From NCBI GenBank assembly GCA_964016885.1, contig OZ024742.1, positions 337,156,001 through 337,220,000 of the forward strand: a stretch of 64,000 nt of DNA, read 5' to 3'. Origin of the DNA: Eledone cirrhosa. Its lineage: Eukaryota. Under the pieces are notes generated by a model that searched no databases, was not told the DNA's origin, and saw only the letters and a program-made list of their open reading frames with translations. Positions 23,815 to 38,700 of the stretch are shown piece by piece. Position numbers and translations under genes: made by a program. Position 1 is the stretch's first letter. The number at the start of each line of letters is the position of its first letter.

Positions 23815-24815
23815 GACCACCAAACACAGCATTGACGACATAAGGTGGCAACAGGCCACTTTACCGGTCAGGTATGGCAGCCTAGACCTCCGGTCCCCGA
23901 TCTCACTAGCTTTGCCGGCGGCAACCTCGTGCCGCGTCCTCGTCAGCAGGGTTCTTCAAAACACAACAGAACCCTCTGTTCAGAGAACGTGAGGCCGCCT
24001 GTGAGACGTGGGACCGGCTGGGACTTAGCCCAGTAAACGTCCCTCCTCCTTCTTCCCCTGTTGACGTCAAGTCCCCCTAACGCACTTGGGATGCCATCCA
24101 GTGCAGCCTGGTCTCAGACAGGCTCACGCGCCAGCTCGATAGCACCGCCTTGCTTGTTTTCGTGCGGCCCCCAAACCTCCACAGTGGTGCCTGGCTCCAT
24201 GCCCTGCCCTCCTTCTCCACTGGTACGCAGCTAGACAACCATAGCCTGCGAATCAACGTTTCCCTGAGGCTCGGCCTCCGGATCTGCCAGCTACACTAAT
24301 GTCGCTGCGGTTCCACCGTGGACTCTTTCGGCCTCCACCCGCTTTCCTGTCACCACAGTGCCGGCCGCATTCCACGCCATGCTGTCCTCAACGAGGTCAT
24401 TAAGCATGGCTTGGACGCTGCAGGCTTCCCTTCCCAGCTCGAACCGGTGGGTCTGGATCGAGGGGACGGCAAAAGGCCAGATGGCATGACCATCTTCCCG
24501 TTCCACGGTGGCAAATCCCTCGTCTGGGATGCCACTTGCACCGACACATTCTGCAGCCGCAACCTGGTGCAGTCTGCGACTGACCCAGGTTCTGCTGCAC
24601 GTCGGGATGAGGTGGCCAAACTCCTCAAATACCGGTCGCTCTCCGACAGGTTTGCGGTTGTTCCCCTGGCAGTGGAGACTTCTGGTGTCCTTGGCCCCAG
24701 GGCTACCTCCTTACTCACCACCATAGGCGCTGAGCTGGCCAGCCGCAGGTGTGAGCCCCGCGAGTTGGAGTGGCTTTTCCAGCACGTCTCCCTTGCTGTC
24801 CGCCGGGGCTGTGGG
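23815..24815 (+). mobile_element. 3' fragment of an RLE-type (CRE-like) non-LTR retrotransposon
   Basis: WQQATLPVRYG..SGAWL.ALP..LRLGL, a C.CG..H..SC zinc knuckle, then RH..LN..LEP..DGKRPDG..LVWDAT..PLAVETSG (PD-(D/E)xK-type nuclease). Visibly GC-rich, with stops and frameshifts. Confidence 0.85.
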
Positions 24816-25272
24816 TGGGCCCCATTGCGTACCAATACATTAGTTAAATACCATTCTTTCATCTGATACAACACAATAAAGACTAAAGTGTTTAAAAAAA
24901 AAAACTCATTGAAGTGTAGCAGAAATGGGACAGCGGAATTATACCTGTGGTCAGAATTTATGATGATGTAGACAACCAGTGGCCAATCACTGGACACGTG
25001 GTGAAGATGAAGTTTTTGACAGCACTGGCCCATAGAGTCAGATACTCCAGTGAGAGAATATGCTCCGAAATCATTAGACATGTCCGTCGAACCTGCTGGT
25101 CCAGAATAAGACAGATCCACACAATGATCGCGTCTTGAGCTGTCCGCTGGCAAAACAATTGTTACACACAATAAATTGAGTTCAGATGCATCATTGATTT
25201 TTCGTTTTATATTATATATATATGTATATATTTATATGTATATATTTATATGTATATATTTATATGTATATA

Positions 25273-26714
25273 CAGAGTGTGGACGATATTTGTTCGCAAT
25301 TTTCAACTGCTAATTTTATGCAAATTTTTTTACTTCCGTTGTCACTCTTGTCTTCATAAAAACAGTGACTATATTTCCATTATTTATTTTCAGAATAATT
25401 GATTATGAATAATTTTGAACCTCCAAGTTTGTGGAAGAGACACAGAGTTCTTCTTGGAATCTGCGCCGGGAGGACAAATAAGGAAATTTCAGACTTTCTC
25501 AGCGTAAGCAGGAGAATGGTGGAAAAGGTCAGAAATGAATTGGAAGATTCAGGATTCGACTACGAAGCAACATCAGAGAGGAAAACACATGATCGACGAT
25601 CTGACGCCTTCAGAACGCCCGAGTTCTTCGCTGAAGTTCAGGATATCATCAACATCTTCCACGCTTGCATGGGTTTGGACGGGAGTTTTCCCACTTGAGG
25701 CAAGCAGCACAACCAATCTTGCCTCAAGTGGGAAAACTCCCGTCCAAACCCATGCAAGCGTGGAAGATAGACGTTAAATGATGATGATGAATGAACCTAG
25801 CAAGTCGATGCGTGCCATTGCAAGGGAGAAAGGTGTGGATGAAAAGCTCATTAAGCTGGTGGTACATGAAGACATTCGCTACGTTTCATACAAGATGAGG
25901 AAAGGACAATTTCTGTCAAAGGCGATGCAAGAAAAGCGACTGAAGCACGCAAAGAAGCTGATCAACAAGTTGAAACACCCACTGGAGCCAGACATGCTGT
26001 GGTTTTTCTCTGACGAGAAAAACTTCTGCCAAGACCAGGAGATCAACTCCCAGAACAACAGGTGGCTCGCTGTCTCATCCAAAGATGTGCCCAGAGTCAT
26101 GCAGACAAAGTTTCCAGCGACAACATTGGTCTTAGGTGTCGTCAGCAGTCAAGATGACGTCATGCCACCTCACTTCTTCCCTAAGGGCCTCAAGCTGAAC
26201 ACCGATGGCTACATCCGCGTTCTGAGCGAGGTAGTAAAGCCCTGGATCGACCAGGTAGCTGCAGGTAGTCCGTACGTGTGGCAGCAAGACTCAGCGCCCT
26301 GCCATACTAGCTGAAAGACCCAAGCCTGGCTGTCAGAGAACTTCGTCGACAATACTTCACCTGACATCTGGCCTCCCAGCTCGCCTGACTGCAACCCCCT
26401 CGACTTCTTTGTGTGGGGCACAGTGGAACGAGACACCAACAGATCTAGCTGCAATACGAAAGATGATCTGAAGGCCAGGATCACAAGTGCCTTTAGGGGC
26501 CTAAGCCGAGGGACAGTGACGAAGGCCTGTAGCCGCTTCTGAGGCCGCCTTGAGGCCGTCATCAAAGCCAATGGCGGGTTTATCGAGTGAGATTGAAAGA
26601 ACAAGTCATGAAGACAAACTGACCCAAGTTTGATAAATATATCTTAAAAAATAAAACTACTGTGTTATTTTTTCCTAGACAGTAATCTTGCGAACAAATA
26701 TCGTCCGCACCCTG
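25273..26714 (+). mobile_element. Near full-length Tc1/mariner DD37D (maT-type) transposon, inactivated
   Basis: 27-bp TIRs and TA target site duplication. The transposase has an HTH region, FSDEK, QQD-(37 aa)-D (SPDCNPLD), premature stops at about 26314 and 26542, and an insertion at 25650-25790. Confidence 0.95.
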
Positions 26715-26732
26715 TATATATATATATGTACA

Positions 26733-27062
26733 TGGAGGCACATGGCTTAGTGGTTAGAGCATTGGCCTTGCAATCGAAAGGTTGTGAGTTCAATTCTCAG
26801 ACCGAGTGATGTTTCCTTGAGCAAGACACTTTATTGCACATTGCTCCAGTTTACTCAGCTGTAGAAATGAGATGAAAGGGACTGGAGTCCATATCATTCC
26901 ACTGCAAAGTGGTCGTGGAGGTGCCACGGCAAAAAAGCACCCAGCACTCACTGTAAATGAGGTTGGTGTTAGGAAGGGCATCCAGCTGTAGAAATCAAGC
27001 CAGAATCAGTTCCCGTCCCACCCTTGCAAGCAGGGAAAAGCGGATTTAAAATGATGATGACG
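26733..27062 (+). mobile_element. tRNA-derived SINE with RTE-like 3' tail (second copy)
   Basis: Same A/B boxes and body as 270-613, flanked by (TA)n, with a (GAT)n tail. Confidence 0.85.
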
Positions 27063-27764
27063 ATATGTATATATATATACACACACAGATATATACATAT
27101 ACATCATCATCATCTTCGTTAAATGAAGATGATGATGATGATGATGTATATGTATATATATGCATAAGATATGTGTGTGTGTATATATATATATGTATCA
27201 AGAGTTTTATCAGGAAGACTTCTCTTGGCCTCATGATGCAGTTCAGTGCAAAGGACCAGATCTGTGAGCCTTGCGAAACTAGCAGCTGTATCATGACAAC
27301 TTCCTGGCCAATTTGTTGGACTTTCTGGGTAAAAGAAATTTCACTCATTTGACATCTCCCAATCTCCAAATGTAGCTCCTGGCGTTTTTGAGAACCGAGA
27401 GGATATCACGTGGGCTGCAATGGTAGAGCAGATAGCCATTCCTGACGTGTTTCATCCAGTGTATGGAGGCATAAGGAGCTTACTTTGAAGGGGGATTATC
27501 AATTGAAGCTCACCAAATAATTTTTTTCCCAAGCCTTAGGTTGGATACCTTTATATAATGCCTGTTTTATGGATCTCTGTGATAAACACACTAATTAATT
27601 CGAACTCATATACAATGTACAGAGTTGATATAATGATTGTTATTAATGGTGACTTAACTTTGAAGTTTCACTTAAGATGGAGGCTGATAGAAACAGTTTT
27701 GATAAGTCACCAACATCAGCAAAACTTTGAAGTAAACAGTCACCATTAATAATTCTTTCTACTT

Positions 27765-27940
27765 TTGGCACAAGGCCAGCAATTACCCAGTGTATTACTG
27801 GTACTTTATTTTATCGACCTCGTAAGGATGAAAGGCAAAGTTAACCTCGGTGCGATTTGAACTCAGAATGGCAAGGGCCGTAACTCTATGCATCAAAGCT
27901 TGGCATCCGACCCTCTACCGATACTGCCAATACACCATTA
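27765..27940 (-). mobile_element. Degenerate SINE (similar copies at about 8930-9190)
   Basis: B-box-like GAGTTCAAATC on the minus strand and a shared TTATCGA..ATGAAAG.CAAAGTT.AC motif with 9060-9115. Confidence 0.55.
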
Positions 27941-28200
27941 ATAATAATTGTGTATATGATGCCATAATAAAATGCAGCTAAAACACTGTAAAGTGATAGT
28001 GTTGGTTCTACAATAAAATGCAGTCAATACACTCTGTAAAGTGGTTGGCATTAGGGAAGACATCGAGCTGTAGAAACCATGCCAAAATATGAAATAACCC
28101 ATTTAATCATAGACTATGATGACCTATCCAACCCCTGGCAGTATGGAAAATGGATGTAACATGACAATGATGATACAAGTCTTGACAACTTTCTATTTAC

Positions 28201-28366
28201 CAGTATATTCCTGTGTAGCATCTAAAGGATCAATCCAAACAACAATTTGATTGAGTGGAATCTTCTGGTCTGATTTGATTTCTTTGTCCACATCTTCTCT
28301 TTGTTTTTTCGTGTCTTCTATGTTACGAAAATCAACTGGCTTTGTCTCATGTTCTTCTGATATCAC
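28201..28366 (-). CDS. BPNT2: BPNT2/IMPAD1 coding exon 2
   Basis: Acceptor tttctttag, then [13 protein letters not shown]...[15 protein letters not shown] plus 1 nt, donor gtaaat. Contains the SEE and WIDPLDAT metal-binding motifs of the IMPase/FIG family. 166 nt, phase 0 to 1. Confidence 0.95.
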
Positions 28367-30072
28367 CTAAAGAAACAACATTGGTAAATTCAAATTTTTA
28401 GAAAAAATAAGCAATGAAATATACATGTATGCAACAACCACAAAACCGCATTAGTAAATCATTTTTGAAAAGTATTAAAACAGCATTATGACTGTATCAC
28501 ATTAAAAATTAAATTCTTATTATACTGCAAATTTTCACAATCCTCTCCACTAATAAAAATACCATAAATATTTTAATTAACAAACCTGTTTTTTTAGGCA
28601 TTTTCTGCTTAATTATTACAAGATGTTAAGAGCAAAATCCATTTCCCTTATCAAACCAGGGTTTAGCCATGTAGGCACCATGACAAATTTTTCCATTTTG
28701 CTCTATTAACTGCATCCTCTGTCATCAATCCTTGGCTTTCATTTTTTCCTCCAACACCAACTATGTCTTTCTTGGTCTCTTCCTTCTACTGCCTTCTATT
28801 TTCATTTCCATCCTTCCTCAACAAATGACCGTCATCTTATTCCATTTCTCTTCACATCCATCAGTGGCTCTATTCCCATAATCCTCTGTATATATTTATA
28901 CAGATATTTATGTATATGTGTCTGCATGTATGTTCTATATATATCAAATCATACTTTTACATCTGTTTTATAATAATAATAATAATGAAATTATTGTGTA
29001 CAGTGCTCAGGTGCACTACAACGCATCAAAGGTGACCTGGGATCTTTCGAAAGTTTGTGGCACATTGAAGGCAGACAGAAACACCACATTCAACCCTGCT
29101 GGATATCTTTCATGATACTGACACTAGTTTGTTTATTAACCCATACCCCCCCCCCCCACCTTTACTGTTCAAACCAACCGTAATCAGCCACTCATTCCGA
29201 CATTAAGATATCATTCCCAAAATAAACAATAACATCATCAAAATCTTATGAGATAGACCCTTTACCGGGGAAATACAATAGTAAATATAGAGTAATGTAA
29301 TTGGTAAAGGGTTAAGTGATGTGTCTTCACATGTCTAACTGCTGAGCCATGAAACTTCTGGGTATGTGGGACAAACATTGCGACCTGTACTAGCAATATT
29401 AAATATAAAGCAAAGACACAAAGACAAACAAAGACGTGAACACAAGCCTGTGATGTGTTTGGAAACTGGGAAGACTACTAATCACAATCAATACATATGT
29501 AGGTGTAGAGTAGATATAGAAATATGATAAAATTCAAACAGAGCGGGTCTTCCATTTGTTGATTTTACAGTGTATATATCATCATCATTTAATATCTTGC
29601 TCACATGCTCCATTTTTAGTTTGGTTTTCTATGGCTGGATACCCGTTCTAATGCTAACTACAACCTTACAGGGTGGAATAGGTGCTTTCTTCGTGGCACC
29701 AGTACTACCACTTTACAAGGTAGACAGTACTGTTTGTCATAGCACTAGTACAAGGTTTTCATGAGGTAGACTGGATTTGTTTTATCATGTCACTTTCACC
29801 AGTGACACCTTATTATATTATTTGGGTGCTTGCGTCTTTGTTGGGGAGGCAATGACAAAAATAAAATGAGAACAAACGTCAGGCTACATATTACTTGCTG
29901 GGGGGGGGCATCACTCAGTGGTAGAAACATTAATAGGTCATGGAGGTGGCCTTGAAGAGAATGCTCTGTATGCATGGGTTGGACAGGACAAGTGCACTGG
30001 AGATACGGCAGGTGGACAATCATCATCATCATCATCATTAAATGCCTTTTTCCATGCCCACCTGGGTTAGAT

Positions 30073-30103
<31 letters not shown>

Positions 30104-30712
30104 GGTGGCTGCCAACTCGTTTTCGAGTATGGCCACTACTTCATATCCATGTAGGAGAACCCTTACCGATGCGCTGAACGAGTGTGACTTTTTAGTCCAG
30201 CCAGCGACTTGAAAGCTCTGTTACAAACACTACACTTGTGACAATTATTGACACATAGTGCTGGGCCCATGGTACCATGTGACGACAAGTGCAGAGAGAT
30301 CTCCAGATATAAAGCAATGCCTGTGCCGTGAAGCTTTTATAGTGAGCAAAGGCACTGCACAAAGCCAGTCCCACTCTCTTAACCAAGATGATATTTACCA
30401 AAAAGAAGAACAAGTCAACATCATTGGATACCATCAGAGTTGCAGGTGTTATATCAGAGTATTCCTTCTCCTAGAATTCTGCCTTGACAAAGGCTAAGGG
30501 GTCATCTCTCCCGGTGATTTTGGATGGCCATTGACTCTTAAGAACTCCTTTGCCCTTTGACAGGTTTTGTTTTTAGTCCTGCAGGATGTCCAAAGCCACT
30601 CTCCTCACCAAGAAACTTTGGTGGGGTTGCCAGTTTAGTCGCCAACGACCCGACCATGAGACAGGTTGTACTGGGATATATGTTACCAGTAGCACCAACT
30701 GGTGACCTGACA
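30104..30712 (-). mobile_element. Probable RTE LINE 5' end fragment between (AT)n runs
   Basis: RTE-like 5' UTR wording (GGTAACATATATCCC..GGCGACTAAACTGG..AGTCAATGGCCATCC) and a decayed ORF start. Recognition only, no alignment run. Confidence 0.45.
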
Positions 30713-30714
30713 CA

Positions 30715-30757
<43 letters not shown>

Positions 30758-32769
30758 CAAAAACATTATCATCATTTAATGTCCGTTTTACCAGCTAGCA
30801 AGGATTATACAGGTCGTCATAGACTAAGTCAGTACTTAATTGGAGCTATTGACCTCTTAGAGGAGGCGGGAGTAACATCTCATATATTCTTGCACTCTAC
30901 AGAGAAGACAATGCATTCTATCATGTCATCAGCACTAGGGAAATCATCTGTCGTTGACAAAGCGTCCTCTTGACCCTTTCTTTGGCAAGTTGTCTAGAAA
31001 GATTGTTGAGCTCTTCACACAAATGAAGTGTCTTTCTCAGCTCATTTTTGGCATAATTTCTACAGCTGGATGCCCTTCATATCACCAACCCCATTATCTT
31101 ATATATATTTCCAAATTTTTGTGTCTATGTCCATTTCTTCTCACCCTCTCCCATTTTTATAACAATTCAATTGTTTTTCCACTTCTGCCTCATTTCAGAC
31201 TGTATTCCCATTTATACCATTTGCTGCGTCTCTCACTATAGCTATCTATAACTGTCTATTTAATATATATTTCCTCATATTTCTCACTCTTATGACTTTA
31301 CTAACACATCCTTTTCCTGTTCCTCATAGGTGCTGTCGTCACAAACACTCATTTGTTTCAAATTTCTCTTTTCCCCTTTTTATCTCCTCTCTCTCTCTCT
31401 CTTTCATTACTTCCTGCTACTCATAAAAAATTGCCAGCACCTTTGAAACATTTTCTTACTCAGCAGTTCCCATTTAATAAATTTACTGTATAGATTTATG
31501 CATCAAAGGTTATTTCCTTTAAAAAACATATGTGTATGTAGAGACAGCATATGTGTATGTAGAGAAGAGATACATACAATATTAAACATTCCTACTGGTG
31601 GGTACACACATACATGAAATGATGATCACACACACATTGAATAATATACATTTCATTTTTAATTCACTTTCAAGTGCTGATTTTCATTTCATGGGATAAA
31701 GAGAGGGGCTAGGTTTCGAGGAGGACGAGTCTGTGCCCAAGATATTTGCAAGCCCTCAAGACTGATGAGATTGATGTTGATGATGTTCAATTTAAGTTGT
31801 TGCAGGTTGACTTTTACAGGAATGATATGTTCATGAAAAGAATTCTAGAGAGGACTGGAGAATTGGACACAATATGGGTGATGAGAGAAGGAGAGATAAG
31901 TGAGGAGGGAATGTTTAAGGTGAGGTGGCACGAGTCCAGCAAGTTTTGAAGAGCAGAGACTATTACAATAATGTTAGAAATGTGGGCCAGAAGCTGGAGC
32001 CTATCTGTCAAAGACTTTATATTAATTAGACAAGTGGACTTTGTGTGGTTGTGGTCTGGGATGTATGATTGTGTGTGACAGCAGCATTGCTCAAGGTGTG
32101 GGGGGACAGTTCCATTGTTGGTTTTACTTGAGCTTTGGAAAGAATTAGAATTTCAACAAAGAAAAATAACAATAACAGTTTGATAGGTCTGTGGTCATAC
32201 TGGGGCAACATATCAATCCCGGTACTTCAGTCTATCAATCTCTATTTGCCAAACTTCTACATTACAGGACAAAAACAAAACACAAACATGGATAAACACA
32301 CTGAATATAAACATTAATATATTTATGCAGAGTTGGAATTATTATTTTCCAATAAATGTCAATTGAGTCATCACTTTCCTGAGTAAAGTTGGGTACTACT
32401 GCTAGTATATCATCATCATCATCATCATCATCATCAAACATGTTTTTCCTGCTAACAAAAGTTGGAAGGTTCTTCACAAACTGACTCAGCAGCCATTGAT
32501 CTCTCAGATAAACCAGAGGCTTACATCTAGTTCACATTCATTCTCATGCTTGACCATCTCATATAGATCACCAACACTAATGAGTTTGTCATGTCTTTCA
32601 CGCAAAAGAAGAGTCCACCCCACATTTTGCTCGGCAAGCTTTCTACAGATGGATGCCCTTCCTATCAATACAATTTTACACCATGTACTGAGTGTGTTTA
32701 TCATGTAGATCACCAACACTACAGAGTTTGTCATGCCATTAATACAACCTATTTGGTGTGGTTTCTACC

Positions 32770-35700
32770 GTGGGATACACTTCCTACCACCAACTACTTT
32801 ACAGTGTGATACACTTCCTACCAACTACTTTACAGTGTGATACACTTCCTACCAACTACTTTACAGTGTGATACACTTCCTACCACCAACTACTTTACAG
32901 TGTGATACACTTCCTACCAACTACTTTACAGTGTGATACACTTCCTACCACCAACTACTTTACAGTGAGATACACTTCCTACCACCAACTACTTTACAGT
33001 GAGATACACTTCCTACCACCAACTACTTCACAGTGAGATACACTTCCTACCACCAACTACTTTACAGTGTGATACACTTCCTACCAACTACTTCACAGTG
33101 AGATACACTTCCTACCACCAACTACTTTACAGTGAGATACACTTCCTACCACCAACTACTTTACAGTGAGATACACTTCCTACCACCAACTACTTTACAG
33201 TGTGATACACTTCCTACCACCAACTACTTTACAGTGAGATACACTTCCTACCACCAACTACTTTACAGTGAGATACACTTCCTACCACCAACTACTTTAC
33301 AGTGAGATACACTTCCTACCACCAACTACTTTACAGTGAGATACACTTCCTACCACCAACTACTTTACAGTGTGATACACTTCCTACCAACTACTTTAAA
33401 GTGGGATACACTTCTTACCACCAACTACTTTACAGTGTGATACACTTCCTACCACCAACTACTTTACAGTGAGATACACTTCCTACCACCAACTACTTTA
33501 CAGTGTGATACACTTCCTACCACCAACTACTTTACAGTGTGATACACTTCCTACCACCAACTACTTTACAGTGTGATACACTTCCTACCACCAACTACTT
33601 TACAGTGAGATACACTTCCTACCACCAACTACTTTACAGTGAGATACACTTCCTACCACCAACTACTTTACAGTGGGATACACTTCCTACCACCAACTAC
33701 TTTACAGTGAGATACACTTCCTACCACCAACTACTTTACAGTGGGATACACTTCCTACCACCAACTACTTTACAGTGGGATACACTTCCTACCACCAACT
33801 ACTTTACAGTGTGATACACTTCCTACCACCAACTACTTTACAGTGAGATACACTTCCTACCACCAACTACTTTACAGTGAGATACACTTCCTACCACCAA
33901 CTACTTTACAGTGGGATACACTTCCTACCACCAACTACTTTACAGCGTGATAAACTTCCTACCACCAACTACTTTACAGTGTGATACACTTCCTACCACC
34001 AACTACTTTACAGCGTGATACACTTCCTACCACCAACTACTTTACAGTGTGATACACTTCCTACCACCAACTACTTTACAGCGTGATACACTTCCTACCA
34101 CCAACTACTTTACAGTGGGATACACTTCCTACCACCAACTACTTTACAGCGTGATACACTTCCTACCACCAACTACTTTACAGTGTGATACACTTCCTAC
34201 CACCAACTACTTTACAGTGTGATACACTTCCTACCACCAACTACTTTACAGTGGGATACACTTCCTACCACCAACTACTTTACAGCGTGATACACTTCCT
34301 ACCACCAACTACTTTACAGTGTGATACACTTCCTACCACCAACTACTTTACAGTGTGATACACTTCCTACCACCAACTACTTTACAGTGTGATACACTTC
34401 CTACCACCAACTACTTTACAGTGTGATACACTTCCTACCACCAACTACTTTACAGTGTGATACACTTCCTACCACCAACTACTTTACAGCGTGATACACT
34501 TCCTACCACCAACTACTTTACAGTGTGATACACTTCCTACCACCAACTACTTTACAGTGTGATACACTTCCTACCACCAACTACTTTACAGTGTGATACA
34601 CTTCCTACCACCAACTACTTTACAGTGTGATACACTTCCTACCACCAACTACTTTACAGTGTGATACACTTCCTACCACCAACTACTTTACAGTGTGATA
34701 CACTTCCTACCACCAACTACTTTACAGTGTGATACACTTCCTACCACCAACTACTTTACAGTGTGATACACTTCCTACCACCAACTACTTTACAGTGTGA
34801 TACACTTCCTACCACCAACTACTTTACAGTGAGATACACTTCCTACCACCAACTACTTTACAGGATTGTGATACACTTCCTACCACCAACTACTTTACAG
34901 TGTGATACACTTCCCACCACCAACTACTTTACAGTGTGATACACTTCCTACCACCAACTACTTTACAGTGTGATACACTTCCTACCACCAACTACTTTAC
35001 AGTGAGATACACTTCCTACCACCAACTACTTTACAGTGAGATACACTTCCTACCACCAACTACTTTACAGTGTGATACACTTCCTACCACCAACTACTTT
35101 ACAGTGTGATACACTTCCTACCACCAACTACTTTACAGTGAGATACACTTCCTACCACCAACTACTTTACAGTGTGATACACTTCCTACCACCAACTACT
35201 TTACAGTGTGATACACTTCCTACCACCAACTACTTTACAGTGAGACACACTTCCTACCACCAACTAGTTACAGTGAGACACACTTCCTACCACCAACTAC
35301 TTTACAGTGAGACACACTTCCTACCACCAACTACTTTACAGTGAGATACACTTCCTACCACCAACTACTTTAGAGTGTGATACACTTCCTACCACCAACT
35401 ACTTTACAGTGTGATACACTTCCTACCACCAACTACCTTACAGTGAGATACACTTCCTACCACCAACTACTTTACAGTGTGATACACTTCCTACCACCAA
35501 CTACTTTACAGTGAGATACACTTCCAACCACCAACTACTTTACAGTGGTTTCTACAGTGAGATACACTTCCTACCACCAACTACTTTACAGTGAGATACA
35601 CTTCCTACCACCAACTACTTTACAGTGTGATACACTTCCTACCAACAACTACTTTACAATGTGATACACTTCCTACCAGCAACTACTTTACAGTGTGATA

Positions 35701-38700
35701 CACTTCCTACCACCAACTACTTTACAGTGTGATACACTTCCTACCACCAACTACTTTACAGTGAGATACACTTCCTACCACCAACTACTTTACAGTGTGA
35801 TACACTTCCTACCACCAACTACTTTACAGTGAGATACACTTCCAACCACCAACTACTTTACAGTGGTTTCTACAGTGAGATACACTTCCTACCACCAACT
35901 ACTTTACAGTGAGATACACTTCCTACCACCAACTACTTTACAGTGAGATACACTTCCTACCACCAACTACTTTACAGTGTGATACACTTCCTACCAGCAA
36001 CTACTTTACAGTGAGATACACTTCCTACCACCAACTACTTTACAGTGAGATACACTTCCTACCACCAACTACTTTACAGTGTGATACACTTCCTACCACC
36101 AAATACTTTACAGTGTGATACACTTCCTACCACCAACTACTTTACAGTGTGATACACTTCCTACCACCAACTACTTTACAGTGTGATACACTTCCTACCA
36201 CCAAATACTTTACAGTGTGATACACTTCCTACCACCAACTACTTTACAGTGTGATACACTTCCTACCACCAACTACTTTACAGTGTGATACACTTCCTAC
36301 CACCAACTACTTTACAGTGTGATACACTTCCTACCACCAACTACTTTACAGTGTGATACACTTCCTACCAGCAACTACTTTACAGTGAGATACACTTCCT
36401 ACCACCAACTACTTTACAGTGAGATACACTTCCTACCACCAACTACTTTACAGTGTGATACCCTTCCTACCACCAACTACTTTACAGTGTGATACACTTC
36501 CTACCACCAACTACTTTACAGTGTGATACACTTCCTACCACCAACTACTTTACAGTGAGATACACTTCCAACCACCAACTACTTTACAGTGGTTTCTACA
36601 GTGAGATACACTTCCTACCACCAACTACTTTACAGTGAGATACACTTCCTACCACCAACTACTTTACAGTGTGATACACTTCCTACCACCAACTACTTTA
36701 CAGTGTGATACACTTCCTACCACCAACTACTTTACAGTGTGATACACTTCCTACCACCAACTCCTTTATAGTGAGATACACTTCCTACCACCAACTACTT
36801 TACAGTGTGATACACTTCCTACCACCAACTACTTTACAGTGAGATACACTTCCTACCACCAACTACTTTACAGTGAGATACACTTCCAACCACCAACTAC
36901 TTTACAGTGGTTTCTACAGTGAGATACACTTGCTACCACCAACTACTTTACAGTGTGATACACTTCCAACCACCAACTACTTTACAGTGTGATACACTTC
37001 CTACCACCAACTACTTTACAGTGTGATACACTTCCTACCACCAACTACTTTACAGTGTGATACACTTCCTACCACCAACTACTTTACAGTGAGATACACT
37101 TCCTACCACCAACTACTTTACAGTGTGATACACTTCCTACCACCAACTACTTTACAGTGAGATACACTTCCAACCACCAACTACTTTACAGTGGTTTCTA
37201 CAGTGAGATACACTTCCTACCACCAACTACTTTACAGTGAGATACACTTCCTACCACCAACTACTTTACAGTGTGATACACTTCCTACCAACAACTACTT
37301 TACAATGTGATACACTTCCTACCACCAACTACTTTACAGTGTGATACACTTCCTACCACCAACTACTTTACAGTGTGATACACTTCCTACCACCAACTAC
37401 TTTACAGTGAGATACACTTCCTACCACCAACTACTTTACAGTGTGATACACTTCCTACCACCAACTACTTTACAGTGAGATACACTTCCAACCACCAACT
37501 ACTTTACAGTGGTTTCTACAGTGAGATACACTTCCTACCACCAACTACTTTACAGTGAGATACACTTCCTACCACCAACTACTTTACAGTGTGATACACT
37601 TCCTACCAGCAACTACTTTACAGTGAGATACACTTCCTACCACCAACTACTTTACAGTGAGATACACTTCCTACCACCAACTACTTTACAGTGTGATACA
37701 CTTCCTACCACCAAATACTTTACAGTGTGATACACTTCCTACCACCAACTACTTTACAGTGTGATACACTTCCTACCACCAACTACTTTACAGTGAGATA
37801 CACTTCCTACCACCAACTACTTTACAGTGTGATACACTTCCTACCACCAACTACTTTACAGTGTGATACACTTCCTACCACCAACTACTTTACAGTGAGA
37901 TACACTTCCTACCACCAACTACTTTACAGTGTGATACACTTCCTACCAACTACTTTAAAGTGGGATACACTTCCTACCACCAACTACTTTACAGTGTGAT
38001 ACACTTCCTACCACCAACTACTTTACAGTGAGATACACTTCCTACCACCAACTACTTTACAGTGAGATACACTTCCTACCACCAACTACTTTACAGTGTG
38101 ATACACTTCCTACCACCAACTACTTTATAGTGAGATACACTTCCTACCACCAACTACTTTACAGTGTGATACACTTCCTACCACCAACTACTTTACAGTG
38201 TGATACACTTCCTACCACCAACTACTTTATAGTGAGATACACTTCCTACCACCAACTACTTTACAGTGTGATACACTTCCTACCACCAACTACTTTATAG
38301 TGAGATACACTTCCTACCACCAACTACTTTACAGTGTGATACACTTCCTACCACCAACTACTTTACAGTGTGATACACTTCCTACCACCAACTACTTTAT
38401 AGTGAGATACACTTCCTACCACCAACTACTTTACAGTGTGATACACTTCCTACCACCAACTACTTTACAGTGAGATACACTTCCTACCACCAACTACTTT
38501 ACAGTGAGATACACTTCCTACCACCAACTACTTTACAGTGAGATACACTTCCTACCACCAACTACTTTACAGTGAGATACACTTCCTACCACCAACTACT
38601 TTATAGTGAGATACACTTCCTACCACCAACTACTTTACAGTGTGATACACTTCCTACCACCAACTACTTTACAGTGAGATACACTTCCTACCACCAACTA

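Noticed and set aside
29137-29314. piggyBac-like MITE (TTAACCC...AAAGGGTTAA; similar end at about 10500)
   Set aside because: Only 3 bp of terminal match beyond TTAA, which is insufficient without a repeat-library search.
31700-32250. Possible decayed LINE endonuclease fragment
   Set aside because: No motif could be read with enough confidence to call it.
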